DNA of 64,000 nucleotides from Nitrospirales bacterium (GTDB lineage Bacteria; Nitrospirota; Nitrospiria; Nitrospirales; UBA8639): NCBI GenBank assembly GCA_965203295.1, contig CBDBCZ010000017.1, positions 800,001 to 864,000 of the forward strand, read 5' to 3'. Shown piece by piece: positions 1 to 30,780 of this stretch (position 1 is its first letter; each line of letters starts with the position of its first letter). The notes under the pieces were generated by a model. It saw only the letters and a program-made list of their open reading frames with translations, ran no database searches and was not told where the DNA came from. The position numbers and the translations under genes were made by a program.

Positions 1-369
1 CCCCCAATATATTTGTACTGTGTGTCCGTTGCAGGGTTGAGTTTTATGCAGTGAGAATGGCAGTAGCGTTGAGACAGTTGGGAGTTAGCAGCCATTTGAG
101 CAGAGGCTCAAAGCGCAGTAAGTATTAATTAGTGGGTCCACCACTAGCGAGACGTAGTGGTAGGATATCACATTGGCGACGAGGATGGGATCCCAATGTG
201 GTATCCTACCGCTGTGTCTTGCTAGTGGTCGACCCACTAATACTTACTGCATTTTGAGCTTCTGCTCAAACGACCGCTAATTAGTTCTCAACTGTCTCAA
301 CGCCCCTGCAATTCTCATCTGCATAAAACTCAACCCTGCAACAGACACACAGTACAAATATATTGGGGG
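1..369. mobile_element. Foldback/palindromic non-autonomous element (left end at the window edge)
   Basis: 1-~175 (cccccaatatatttgtactgtgtgtc...) is an imperfect reverse complement of ~200-369 (...gacacacagtacaaatatattggggg). Confidence 0.75.
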
Positions 370-1429
370 ACGGACAAAGACCTACTTACAAAGATATAGA
401 CACATTCACTGAACAACAAAAACAACAAAATTCACAATGGGGGGGGGGGGGGGGGGGGGGTGGGCACAAGGACACAAAACGGGGGAGGGGGGGGGGGTAG
501 GCTAGAGAGAACAAAGGTATACTTATTGTCGCTATACTACAGGCTGCAACTTTGAATGCAGCTTTTTCAGTATGTAACAAAGTATCCATTGAATCAATAG
601 TAAGAAACCTATGCATGGAGCATGAGAAACTGTGCAAGGTACACTAAATGGCTCATACATAGGATGGGCAGCTACATAATGGCTGCAGCTATGTACTAAC
701 TAGGCCAAGGTGGAGCTGAGGTCTAGAACATATAGAGCTGCCCATGCTCTGAGTCAATAAATATGCACATTATCAGCTGCCTATGCTCTATGGAATATGA
801 ACATCATCATATAATTATATATACCTTGATACATAGCTATACTAATCAGTTTAGAGTTCCATACGCATTGTCATTAAGTACAAAGAAAGCTCAATGGGCT
901 GCTTGCAATATTCCTGTAGCTGCATATATGGGCATCACATCAGCTGATCTCAATGATTAGCTGATTACCATGCAAGTTCCATTTTGACTAGAACCAGAAA
1001 GGCTAGACATAGCTCCAGCTAAGAAAACCAGGCACGGAACCACAGACTGATAGTCACTAGCATGTAGCTCCCTCGAACCTGCATTTGTAATTCCTGTAAC
1101 TACATACATAATTATATGAGGTAACCTTTGAATTGGAACAAGCTCTCAGTAAAAGCAGTCCTAGTATTCTTGCACTATACCACCATGCAGGTACAACTGA
1201 TTTGGCTGTATAGAAGGGGCAAAATCTGTACAGTGGCATGGGGAGTGTGTCAATTGTAAGACCTATCTCATAGCTATACCCTTCCCCTTGTCAATGAGTT
1301 TCTAATCCTCTCTGCATGTGCAGAGTGAACCATCACAATGAGGGAGAAAAGCCACCCCCCCCCCCACCCTCCCCAGGCCCTCCGCTGTAAGAATTAATTA
1401 ATTCTCAGTGTCTTGTTAGGAACAGTTAA

Positions 1430-1509
1430 AGGTCAGTTTGGGTGAGGGGAGTTTAAATTCCGAGGCGAATTAGAAGTCAAGGAGTTTAACCCCTCACCCA
1501 AACTGACCT
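1430..1509. mobile_element. Small TTAA-flanked MITE, Kolobok-like
   Basis: TIR aggtcagtttgggtgagggg / cccctcacccaaactgacct, with TTAA-type flanks (right flank one T short). Confidence 0.5.
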
Positions 1510-3476
1510 TAACTGATTTAATATACATACATTGGTATTATCAATGATCCCAGTATGTGGCCTCCTTTGAGTGCTACAAGTATGGTTGCCATGGTAATGT
1601 ATATTAAATTAATATATTAGTGTAGTCGCTTGTAAAACAAACAAACAAACAAACAAATTGCACGTTCCGATTACAGCAATAATCATATTTACTTGACATG
1701 TAGGACATACCTGAAGTCAAGTCACACCAGCTAGCCTATACTGTGTTTCAACTATAGCGGAAAAAATCAAGGGGAACAGATAGTTATAGATAATTGCCTA
1801 GATTTGGAGTCACAGGTGAGGGTGCTATATATACGGGATGAGGTGTGTCTGGGTATCCAGGCATACCTATATAGCCTGCATGCTCACTGTAGTACCTACA
1901 GTTGCTTAGTTGCACTTGGTTCGTGACTGGATAAAAAAATCTTTGTAGCTAAGTCAGCCAAACAGAGTATCCACAAAAAATTCTTCATATTTACATGGAG
2001 AACGCAGTGTAGCTACAGGTTTCACTGGGACTACACCAAAATGTAGTCTATGGAGCATGGTACTTCAACCCTTACGTCAGAAATGTGTAACAACTATATT
2101 GCATGTCTGCATGTGCCATTTGACATGGTGCCAGCTATTGTAGCCTCGTTCCCATAACACATTGCTATTGGATATTATTATACCATAACACACATGAACA
2201 CACACACACACACACACACATGCATGGACATGCCACTTTCAGCATCAAATCACATATCTGATTCAGTTCAGATCAAATTGCTGCCTATATATACACATGG
2301 AAACTGAACAGATGGCTATATATTTGTCTCCCCCCCACACACACCCCCCTGAAAAGAAAACACTGACAATAACATACCATCACCAGTGCGTAGTTCCCCC
2401 CTCTTGAACATATCCTAATAATAATATAGGCCCTTATATGCAACCATCTCATTTCATCATCAGTAATTTTGATAACCAATCCAGCAAGTAGCCTAACACA
2501 TACTAAGATCTAAACAGACACAAAAGGTGCTTATAATCCCTGTTGCTAATAGCTACCTGCCAAGTGGTGTATGAATGTGAGTCCCCATAATTGAAACTAT
2601 AGTTGTTTCATTTTCTTAGGAACTCACATATAGCAGTTACCTGCTCATAAATCACTTTCAGTTCTCAGAAGTTATAATTATGCTAGCTGTTGATATAATT
2701 ATATGCAAATACAATGACAAACCATAAAGGTATGTATGCTAGCAGGTAGCAAGAAATGTCTGGACTGGAATCATACTGTGAACATTCTAATTCTAGCCTC
2801 CTTTAGGGAATCATGCAAGACACCATACCCTTATCAAATCTAATTATGCACTAGGTTTAATTAAGGTGGCACAAAAGGGCTTAGCATACACTTCATTATG
2901 ATATGATCACAGTGGTGTGGTTGTTCTTGTATTCAACCCCCCCCCCTGGAGTGCTTTTTGTGGGTGGGGTAAAAACGTTACTTTGTGGCTTAAATTCACT
3001 TTATTGGTAATCATCATAATTATGACGGCTAACTACCTTATTAGGTTAAAAACTGCACTGCAAGAGGAAATCATTTATTTATGGCAACAATTGCACTTGC
3101 TAAATTTACGTAATAGCAGTATACAGCACAAGTGACAAAAGGTTTGCATGCTTTACATTCTCTACATTACATAGGCAAGCTCATTACACGTATGCCATTC
3201 ATGATAATGATCATAGGAAAACTCAATAGCTTACAATTGTACATAATAAAAGGTATATAAAAAATTAAGATAGTAACAAAATTTAATGGCATGACCAATT
3301 TGGAATGTATTAGCTTAAAGTCCATATAGTTGCTGATAGTATAGTAGCATATAGCTACCAGAGAAGGAAAAAAATGGCTACTGACACTACAATCATCAGT
3401 GACTAAATACTGTAACAGTGCTATAGTATAAGAGTGCATGGTTATGCAGTTTGAATCATTTCAAACGATTGCGAAG

Positions 3477-4553
3477 TCAAGTGAGTGACGGAACACACCA
3501 GTACGTCACACGACCGTTACGAACCAAGTGCTCTACCTCCTCCCAAGCATCCATAAAAGAGGCAATCGTTTTCTTGGTCCCTTTAGAGTTCATGATGCGA
3601 GCGCTGAATTCCGGATTCTGCTTAGTTTTTGCCTTGTCGATTAACTTCTGCAGTAAATCAGTCCTGCCCGTCCCACCGTTCACCGCAATCCCGAACTCGC
3701 CCCAGAAATGCTTGGCTTCCTTCATGAACACAATGAGCTCTCTTATCCTCTGCGCCTCCTCGTGATGCTTCTGCCTCTCTTGCTGTAGCTGGTTAACTTC
3801 TCCATTCAAAGACCTCATTCTGTCGCTGAGATTCGAGACTTCTCGGTCGCGCTCACGGATACACTTTTCGAGCTCGCATCGCGTGTTACTTAACGCAGAC
3901 TCGCATCGGTTCTTGTGCTGCTGTGCTCGATTCAGGTTGTCCCTTGCTTTACCCACGTAGCTCTCGGCCTCTCCTATGGCTGTCCCTCCTACTGCTCCAC
4001 CCGCGCCACCAACAGCTGCTCCAGCGACTGCACCAACAGGGCCACCCACGAGAAATCCTACCACCCCGCCCAAAACGGCACCGCCAGCGCCACCAATGCC
4101 ACCACCTGTGTCCCTGCTCTTTTTACGATCTCTCCTAGCTTTAGCCAGATAGTCTTCCGCTTCGGACGTCCTTTGTTCTGCTCTTCGCAGGTCATCCCTG
4201 GCTTCACTTGCTTTCTGTTCATTCCGCAATTGCTCCTGTTTCAGTTGAGCTATCTTCGTCTCCGCGTAAGATTTAGTAGTGTTTATTTTTGTCTGCAGCT
4301 CTTCCTCATCCCGGCCAAGCTGCCCAATCTTCCTCATAATGTCCTCCATCTTTGCGATGTGATCTAACTCCAACGGCTCCAGTTGCTGCAGTGTTTCTTG
4401 CACCAGTGCTTCGATCCTGCTTCCATTATTTCTCACTGTCCCAAGAAGCTTGGCGGCATCTTCCACTTTTCCACTCCCAATGCACTGCAGAGCTTTAGAA
4501 ATGGTTTCGACGCAGTCTTTACCTCCGCCTTTTTCAATCGCAAGTTCCATCAT
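3477..4553 (-). CDS. Single-exon 358-aa coiled-coil protein with a central glycine-zipper hydrophobic hairpin; candidate alpha-pore-forming component
   Basis: Intact ATG-to-stop ORF with no introns. Long heptad helices flank GGGIGGAGGAVLGGVVGFLVGGPVGAVAGAAVGGAGGAVGG. The C-terminal motif is shared with the divergent neighbour. Function is inferred only. Confidence 0.85.
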   Translation of the reverse strand: MMELAIEKGGGKDCVETISKALQCIGSGKVEDAAKLLGTVRNNGSRIEALVQETLQQLEPLELDHIAKMEDIMRKIGQLGRDEEELQTKINTTKSYAETKIAQLKQEQLRNEQKASEARDDLRRAEQRTSEAEDYLAKARRDRKKSRDTGGGIGGAGGAVLGGVVGFLVGGPVGAVAGAAVGGAGGAVGGTAIGEAESYVGKARDNLNRAQQHKNRCESALSNTRCELEKCIRERDREVSNLSDRMRSLNGEVNQLQQERQKHHEEAQRIRELIVFMKEAKHFWGEFGIAVNGGTGRTDLLQKLIDKAKTKQNPEFSARIMNSKGTKKTIASFMDAWEEVEHLVRNGRVTYWCVPSLT

Positions 4554-4983
4554 AAAATCACGATCGCTATAACAGTCAGTCGTTCAAAAAATAGTTATAG
4601 CTAAAGAGGAGCACAAAAAATGCTGCAGTTGCCGTGGATCTTAAATTGCTGTGGAGCACTTTCAAGTTTTTCGACTGATTTACACGCGTACGCATAATAT
4701 AGCAGCGAGCGTGCAGTGCCACGTGTATATATACCCGATTAACAAAACTTTCCCTGGTAAATCCCCGGGCTGGGCGCCCTATAGGCGCGCGCCAGGCGCC
4801 TGGCGGCGTAGCGCTAACCGGCTAATTTATAGCAACCCTAAAACTTTCCCTGGTAAATCCCCGGGCCTGGCGGCTAAAAGCAAGTATATAAAACCTATAA
4901 ACTGCAGTTTATTCAGTTTCGGTTCGACTCTTAGACTGGTCTTCGTATCTAGTTCGACGCAAAAGCCTGCGACGCAAAAAGGA
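4554..4983. promoter_or_regulatory. Bidirectional promoter with two TATA boxes and a duplicated 27-bp kappaB-like element
   Basis: aaaactttccctggtaaatccccgggc occurs at 4744-4770 and 4840-4866. TATATAAAA at 4885 has an Inr-like TCAGTT about 30 nt downstream (A4915). TATATATA at 4726-4733 serves the minus gene. GC-rich palindromes lie between the repeats. Confidence 0.7.
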
Positions 4984-7374
4984 ATGGCGGATAGTCTTCC
5001 GGAAGAGAAACTTGCGGTTCAAATCGGTGATGGGACCTACTCCCTCGTAAAGGTTCCCCCCGAAGACTCTGCAATCGTCAAGGAGCAGGAGGGTCGTCTT
5101 CTGGGAGCGGTCGACCTGAAGTCGCTCGTGCAAGACCTCGGACGAGTAGGGAAATTTGTCCGCATTGCGTACAACGGCGTCGGAGCGGCGGGTGCGAAAT
5201 CCGAGTTCGTTGAGCTGCAGATAAAAATCCAGGACCTGGGCTACGATATTACGAAGCTCTGCGACAAGTCCGCCATCACTGTGGCCCAGTTCAAGAAGGC
5301 CTCCGGTAGCATCCTGGTTGACCTGCAGTGCACTTATGAGTACTTGCTCGATAATCTCGAAGAAATGGCTGTCGAAACGTTGTCTTCCGTCTCGCAGCTC
5401 GCCGGTAGCATGGCAAAAGCCGCGGATGAGCTTCACCATGACTTTGAAAAGCAAGGGGAGAAAGTCAAGAAAACGCTCGAGGACACACAGAGGAAAAAAG
5501 GCGAACAGGTATTTTGTTCTATTATAATTATATTATCTATAGTGGCGGTGACTTGCAAACGTAACTCCTATGCGCATAAAACGGCTGCCTATTCCATTAT
5601 TTGTACCCTCCATGTGCTCCCTAGTGAAAAAAAAAGTTGACGATTACACTTGCACACAATGTATACGTATGCAATGCATGCAGTGTCAGATACTTACAAT
5701 AATACTTGCATCCCGCTAAATTCGAATTCAGAGGTGAAATTATGTGTAAGATTTCTTTGTCCTCCATTATTCCGGTAGTTATTACATAATTATATATATA
5801 GTTACAGAAAAAGCACTTTACCAAAAAGCGCAAAAACTATTTATGTAGGGAAGCACTTCCACAAAAACAAAGGCTATAACTAACTCACACCACCGTATGG
5901 GTCACAGACTACCTAAACATCACAGCCCAATGCATTACAGAGTAGGTATACATTTACAAATCACAGCGCAGTGCGTTTACGGAGACCATCCTCACTACCA
6001 ATCGGCATGGTCTCCGTAAATGCACTACGCTGTGATTTGTAGCTACTCTGTAATGCATTTGGCTGTGATGGTAGTCTGAGCACCCATTGCAGTGCACAGA
6101 CTACCTACTTGAACTTAATTAATTGTACTAAGGTTGTCTCAACCTTCAACCTACTTGAACTTGTACTAAGGTTGTCTCAACCTTCAACCTACTTGAACTT
6201 GTACTCATACTGGTAGCAAAGACCACTTGTTATTCCTGTAACATTTTTGCAGTGATTGCATGCATGTGGTATTTGGTACATGTGTGGGTTGATAATTGGC
6301 AGCCTATGCTATATATTGCATTGACAACAGTGCAATATGGCATACATTGCACCGGGTAGCTTTCATCCACCCATGCATGCACACTCCAGGCTACAATAAC
6401 ATGTTGGAACAAGGAATGAGTATAATTATTACGCAAAACTTTCAAAAATATAGGCAGAGCTTGTGGAGAAGAAGGCGAGTGAACGCCTGAAGATGGAAGT
6501 TGACCAAAGAAAAGAACAGCAACTAATGGAAGAAGCCAGACTGCGTGAGGAGGAGGCAGCTCGTGAATACAGAAAGTACGAAGAGAAGGAGGATGAGGCG
6601 ATACTGGGAATGTCGACAGTCAGTTCAGGAGATGGTCCAGGTGGAGTGTTAGGCTTGGTGAACGGTCTCACGTCGTTTGCGGGGTTTGGTTCGGTCTTTG
6701 GGGGCAAAGCTGCAGCTCGACGGGCTGAGGAAAAGATGATTGCAGCTGAGAAGACGGCTAATAGGTGGAAGGAGAAGCGATGCGAGTCCCTGAAGATAGC
6801 CAACGAGCAACGAGAAAAACGTCATGCTGCTCTCCAATCATTCACCGACTTTGCTGCCAAGATCTCGCAGTGCAGTCGAGAAGAGAATATGGCAGATGCC
6901 GCCGTGGACGCCTTACATGAAGCGATGCGAGGCCTGAAACAGCTATCGCTGATCATGATGAAGGCGGCCCTCTTCTGGAAGCAGATGCAGGAGCATTGCA
7001 AGTCACTCGCCGAATCGAAAATGCAGAGCATGGTTGAGAAAGCCCTGACGATGCCCGAGGAAAGGCGAATGAAAGTGTGGACGTCCAACGGATTCAAGAA
7101 GAAAGCCGTAGAGTTTTACGCTGGGTGGGTGGCTCTGAATGGCGTCTGTGCGAAATACATCGAGCAGATTAAACTGACTCAAAGAGACCTCTACGAGTAT
7201 CTCAAAGAGAACCCAACTTATGAACAGTCTCGTCGACTTCTTCCCCAGCTCGCTAGAGAGTTTGAGGCCGACTTGAAGGCCGCGCAACAAGCCATTGCTG
7301 ATCAGTCCACTGCCGCTGAAGAAGAGATCAAATCCCTGTCATCACCTCCGGCTGCTAACGGAGCAGAGGAATGA
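4984..7374 (+). CDS. Two-exon 481-aa all-helical protein with a central hydrophobic segment; candidate alpha-pore-forming component
   Basis: Exon 1 is 4984-5508 (MADSLPEE...KKGEQ, donor CAG|GTATTT). Exon 2 is 6454-7374 (acceptor TAG|GCA, AELVEKK...NGAEE*). The phase-0 join is in frame. Hydrophobic segment GPGGVLGLVNGLTSFAGFGSVFGG. Confidence 0.85.
5830..6095. repeat. Palindromic dispersed repeat (second partial copy at ~15660-15890)
   Basis: Arms ...catcacagcccaatgcattacagagtag...tttacggagaccat / atggtctccgtaaa...ctactctgtaatgcatttggctgtgatg. The same sequence recurs in the last cortactin intron. Confidence 0.6.
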
Positions 7375-8034
7375 TGTAGTTCCATTCAGTGGGACTTGGA
7401 GATGTGACCTTAATTCAGTATAGGATCAATTTGATAGAATCACTTTGTTTATAATTATGTGATTTTTCACAACGAATGATTTTCACCTATAGGCCAAACC
7501 CAGCCGTTTACTTATATCCGTTTACTTATATCTTGCTTATAATGTGTGGCTACAGCAACATGCCGAATCTGTAATCCTACTTGTTGATTTTTCCCATGTT
7601 AAAGCTAGTACTGTAACAGTACATTTGATTGCACAAGGTATACATGACACATGTGTATTAAAATTTGAAGCCATTAAATGCTTGACAATATACTTGATCG
7701 GTCTCAAATTATATGCTTAGAGTTACCATGCGCTAGTTGGAAAAACAGTACATCAACTTGTTGAGTGTTAGGCAATACTGTATAGCGCTTAAATTTGGCG
7801 GGTCTAAAAATTCGCGAATAGCCGTTTTTGAACGTTTCGTTGAAATAATTTGGTGAATTCGTTGTTGAACTCACCACACCCACGTACTAATGAATAATGG
7901 GCAGAGCGTACCTGAGTGACTAAATGCGCACAGATTTACAGGAAGCTTAGTAGCGATTTGTGGCTATGTACCATGAGCTAGTTAGTAAGTTGGAAAAACA
8001 GCACGTCAACTTGTTGAGTGTTAGGCAATAATTA

Positions 8035-8180
8035 CAGTGGAACCCCTCTTAAGGGACACCCCTGAATTAGGACATGTATCCCAAAATGTTCATGTACATG
8101 TACCTTTGAAATGATGACACCTCTCTATACAAGACATTTCACCAGGTCCCCAAGGTGTCCATAATAGAGGGGTTACAATG
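8035..8180. mobile_element. Tc1/mariner-type MITE (TA TSD); degenerate copy at ~31142-31326
   Basis: TA|cagtggaacccctct ... agaggggttacaatg|TA. Confidence 0.65.
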
Positions 8181-8190
8181 TATAGTCTAA

Positions 8191-8750
8191 TTTTGTTTGG
8201 TCGTTTTGGGGGTCAAAGATGATTCAGAAACATACATGAAGAAAAGAGGAAGGTAAGTGAGAAGAGACATAGATCATCCAACGAACGTGAAAATGTCTCG
8301 CTGCTCTCTTAGACAATGACCAACTTTGCTGCCTATATTATAGATCTCACAATGGTGACCAGAAGACAACATGGCTAAAGCTGCATGCATGCTCAGCTTA
8401 ACCCTTTCACCGGTATAGGCCACTTTACTGCCCAAAGAAACAAAACGAAAGCCCATACTTTATATTAACGCCTAATATAAAAACACCATAATTATAAATT
8501 CATATGGGCCTTATGGAAGCAGGTCTCTACCGGTGAAAGGGTTAAGCTTCACGTAAGGGAGGACCTGAAAAAGCTATCGCTGACCATGATGAAGGCAGCC
8601 CTCTACTGGAAGCAGATACAGCTGCATAATTTTAATTGAAAAAAAAACAAACTGAATCTTGAACATATTTTCTTTCCCAGCTGGCTAAAATTAATATGAG
8701 GCTGATTTCAAGGCTGTGTGATGATACCTTGCTGATTGATAAGTTCACTA
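8191..8750 (+). pseudogene. Decayed paralog of exon 2 of the 4984-7374 gene
   Basis: Colinear similarity. 8191-8220 matches 6685-6710; 8270-8385 matches 6794-6903; 8558-8621 (cctgaaaaagctatcgctgaccatgatgaaggcagccctctactggaagcagat) matches 6928-6990; 8670-8750 matches 7237-7312. Indels, stops and a MITE insertion are present. Confidence 0.8.
8402..8541. mobile_element. piggyBac-like MITE, 140 bp
   Basis: TTAA|ccctttcaccggta ... taccggtgaaaggg|TTAA (TSD at 8398-8401 and 8542-8545). Confidence 0.85.
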
Positions 8751-8759
8751 TGCACCCCT

Positions 8760-9225
8760 ACCACAGTCTTCAATCCCTGATGCTCGATCCACATCTACCA
8801 CGGTCTTCAATCCCTGCATGATGCTCGATCCACATCTACCACGGTCTTCAATCCCTGATGCTCGATCCACGATCTTTGATCCCTGATGCTCGATCCACAT
8901 CTACCACGATCTTCAATCCCTGATGCTCGATCCACATCTACCACGGTCTTTGATCCCTGATGCTCGATCCACATCTACCACGGTCTTTGATCCCTGATGC
9001 TCGATCCACATCTACCACGGTCTTCAATCCCTGATGCTCGATCCACGATCTTTGATCCCTGATGCTCGATCCACATCTACCACGGTCTTCAATCCCTGAT
9101 GCTCGATCCACATCTACCACGGTCTTCGATCCCTGATACTCGATCCACATCTACCACGGTCTTTGATCCCTGATGCTCGATCCACATCTACCACGGTCTT
9201 TGATCCCTGATGCTCGATCCACATC
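8760..9225. repeat. Minisatellite, 37-bp unit with 28-bp variants, about 13 copies
   Basis: Unit ccacggtctttgatccctgatgctcgatccacatcta, with no unique spacers. Confidence 0.9.
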
Positions 9226-9543
9226 CTCTTGGGAAAACTCCAGCAAGCAAAAAAATTACTGTTGATAGAACTAGTTCCATAATATGCAATCACGAATATA
9301 GCATAATAGTTAGGAGTCACACAATTGCGGGATTGTAGTATTACGTAAGAAACACGGTAAAAGTGATGCCATGATTGCCACAGTATTAATTTACGTACAC
9401 ATACATGTATATCACTTCACAGACTTTGCATGCACACAAACCATAATATAACATCAAAATTGTGACGTACAGTATCCAAAATCTGTGACACTACTCTGAC
9501 ACTATTATACAATACAAGATAGTTATAATAATGATTGCAGCAC

Positions 9544-15080
<5,537 letters not shown>

Positions 15081-15462
15081 GGTTGAAAGCTTCTGACTCG
15101 AACTGCGCTGCCTATACTATTTCTCTTCCGCATATAAAAAGCTAAAGCCACTCTTTCCCCCAAACCTTGATCATGTGACGATTAAGCTTACGTAATGGGT
15201 TCGGTGACCTCTAGCTCTCTCGGGGTGGATCCAATTTTAGCAGGAACCCCTAGCTTCGGGGGTCAAAAGTTGAGCAATACTACATGTATACAGTACACAG
15301 CAGAAATTTGCAGAAATGAACAGCTACATAATACTTTACGTAATAAATTACAAAAAATCTTTCAAGAGAACATGCTACAGGTGCAGTTGATCAGCAGAAA
15401 CAATCAACTATTCATACACTCATGCACAAACATTAATTTTCTCTACACAACAACTCTCCGGT

Positions 15463-29896
<14,434 letters not shown>

Positions 29897-30480
29897 CGTG
29901 CCGGTGATTGCAGGGATGAGGGAGAGGGTTGACGTTAATTAGTGCCGGTGATTGCGGGGACGAAGGGGGGGGTTGACGGTAGCGCAGGTGGGGATCTGAG
30001 AGGCAAGGACACGGATAGCCAAACAAATAAACATTGCGGTTGATTGTGTATTTCAAGAATCAAATTATACTGAATTAGCAACTCAGCTCACATTGCTCAT
30101 GACAAGCCAATTCTAATGGAGGTGCTAAAGGCTTTCAAACAGGATGTACCTATGTTTTTGCAGGGGGGTGGGAGAGATGTTACTTGTGCGTGTGTGGGGT
30201 AACGCCCTCTAAGATACTCTGGGGGGGCATAATTTTAGGAACCTATTCAGGAAGGGGCGAGGGGGATTTCGAATATCCCCACCGTATTAAACCCTGAAAG
30301 TGGAGACTGAATGATTGGATAGCAGTCCACACATGTACAGCGAGTGCTCAATCGTACACTATATCATCAGGTATCTATGGTGCAAGACTGATAATCCCAT
30401 ATAAGGTACTGAATTTTCAAAAATAAAGTTTGTTACACATTCAGTGCCCACATACCCCAACACACACACATAAATGTAAA

Positions 30481-30780
30481 TGTACATGTACTAGTGGGAA
30501 ATGCCTGGGTTCGAGGCTATACATGTAAAGGTACATGTACTAGTGGGAAATGCCTGGGTTCGAGGCTATACATGTAAAGGTACATGTACTAGTGGGAAAT
30601 GCCTGGGTTCGAGGCTATACATGTAAAGGTACATGTACTAGTGGGAAATGCCTGGGTTCGAGGCTATACATGTAAAGGTACATGTACTAGTGGGAAATAC
30701 CTGGGTTCGAGGCTATACATGTAAAGGTACGTGTACATGTACTAGTGGGAAATGCCTGGGTTCGAGGCTATACATGTACA
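30481..30780. repeat. 49-bp minisatellite, 6 copies, containing a MITE terminus
   Basis: Unit gtacatgtactagtgggaaatgcctgggttcgaggctatacatgtaaag. Confidence 0.9.

Noticed and set aside
4651..4983. N-terminal extension of ORF 4651-5640 from a GTG start
   Set aside because: It runs through the promoter repeats and upstream of the TATA/Inr. ATG 4984 is the plausible start, and the tail after 5508 is intron.
3451..7290. Antisense ORFs over the gene pair (3451-3765, 3915-4367, 4909-5454, 6429-6803, 7003-7290)
   Set aside because: Shadow frames of GC-rich coding sequence with no independent signals.
3477..7374. Claim that the pair is bacterial contamination or proven horizontal transfer
   Set aside because: A spliceosomal intron, TATA/Inr and host repeats show genomic integration. 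Transfer cannot be shown without phylogeny.
8760..9225. Regular ~37-bp repeats (also 30481-30780 and 60443-61117) as CRISPR arrays
   Set aside because: Units are head-to-tail with no unique spacers, there are no cas genes, and the context is eukaryotic.
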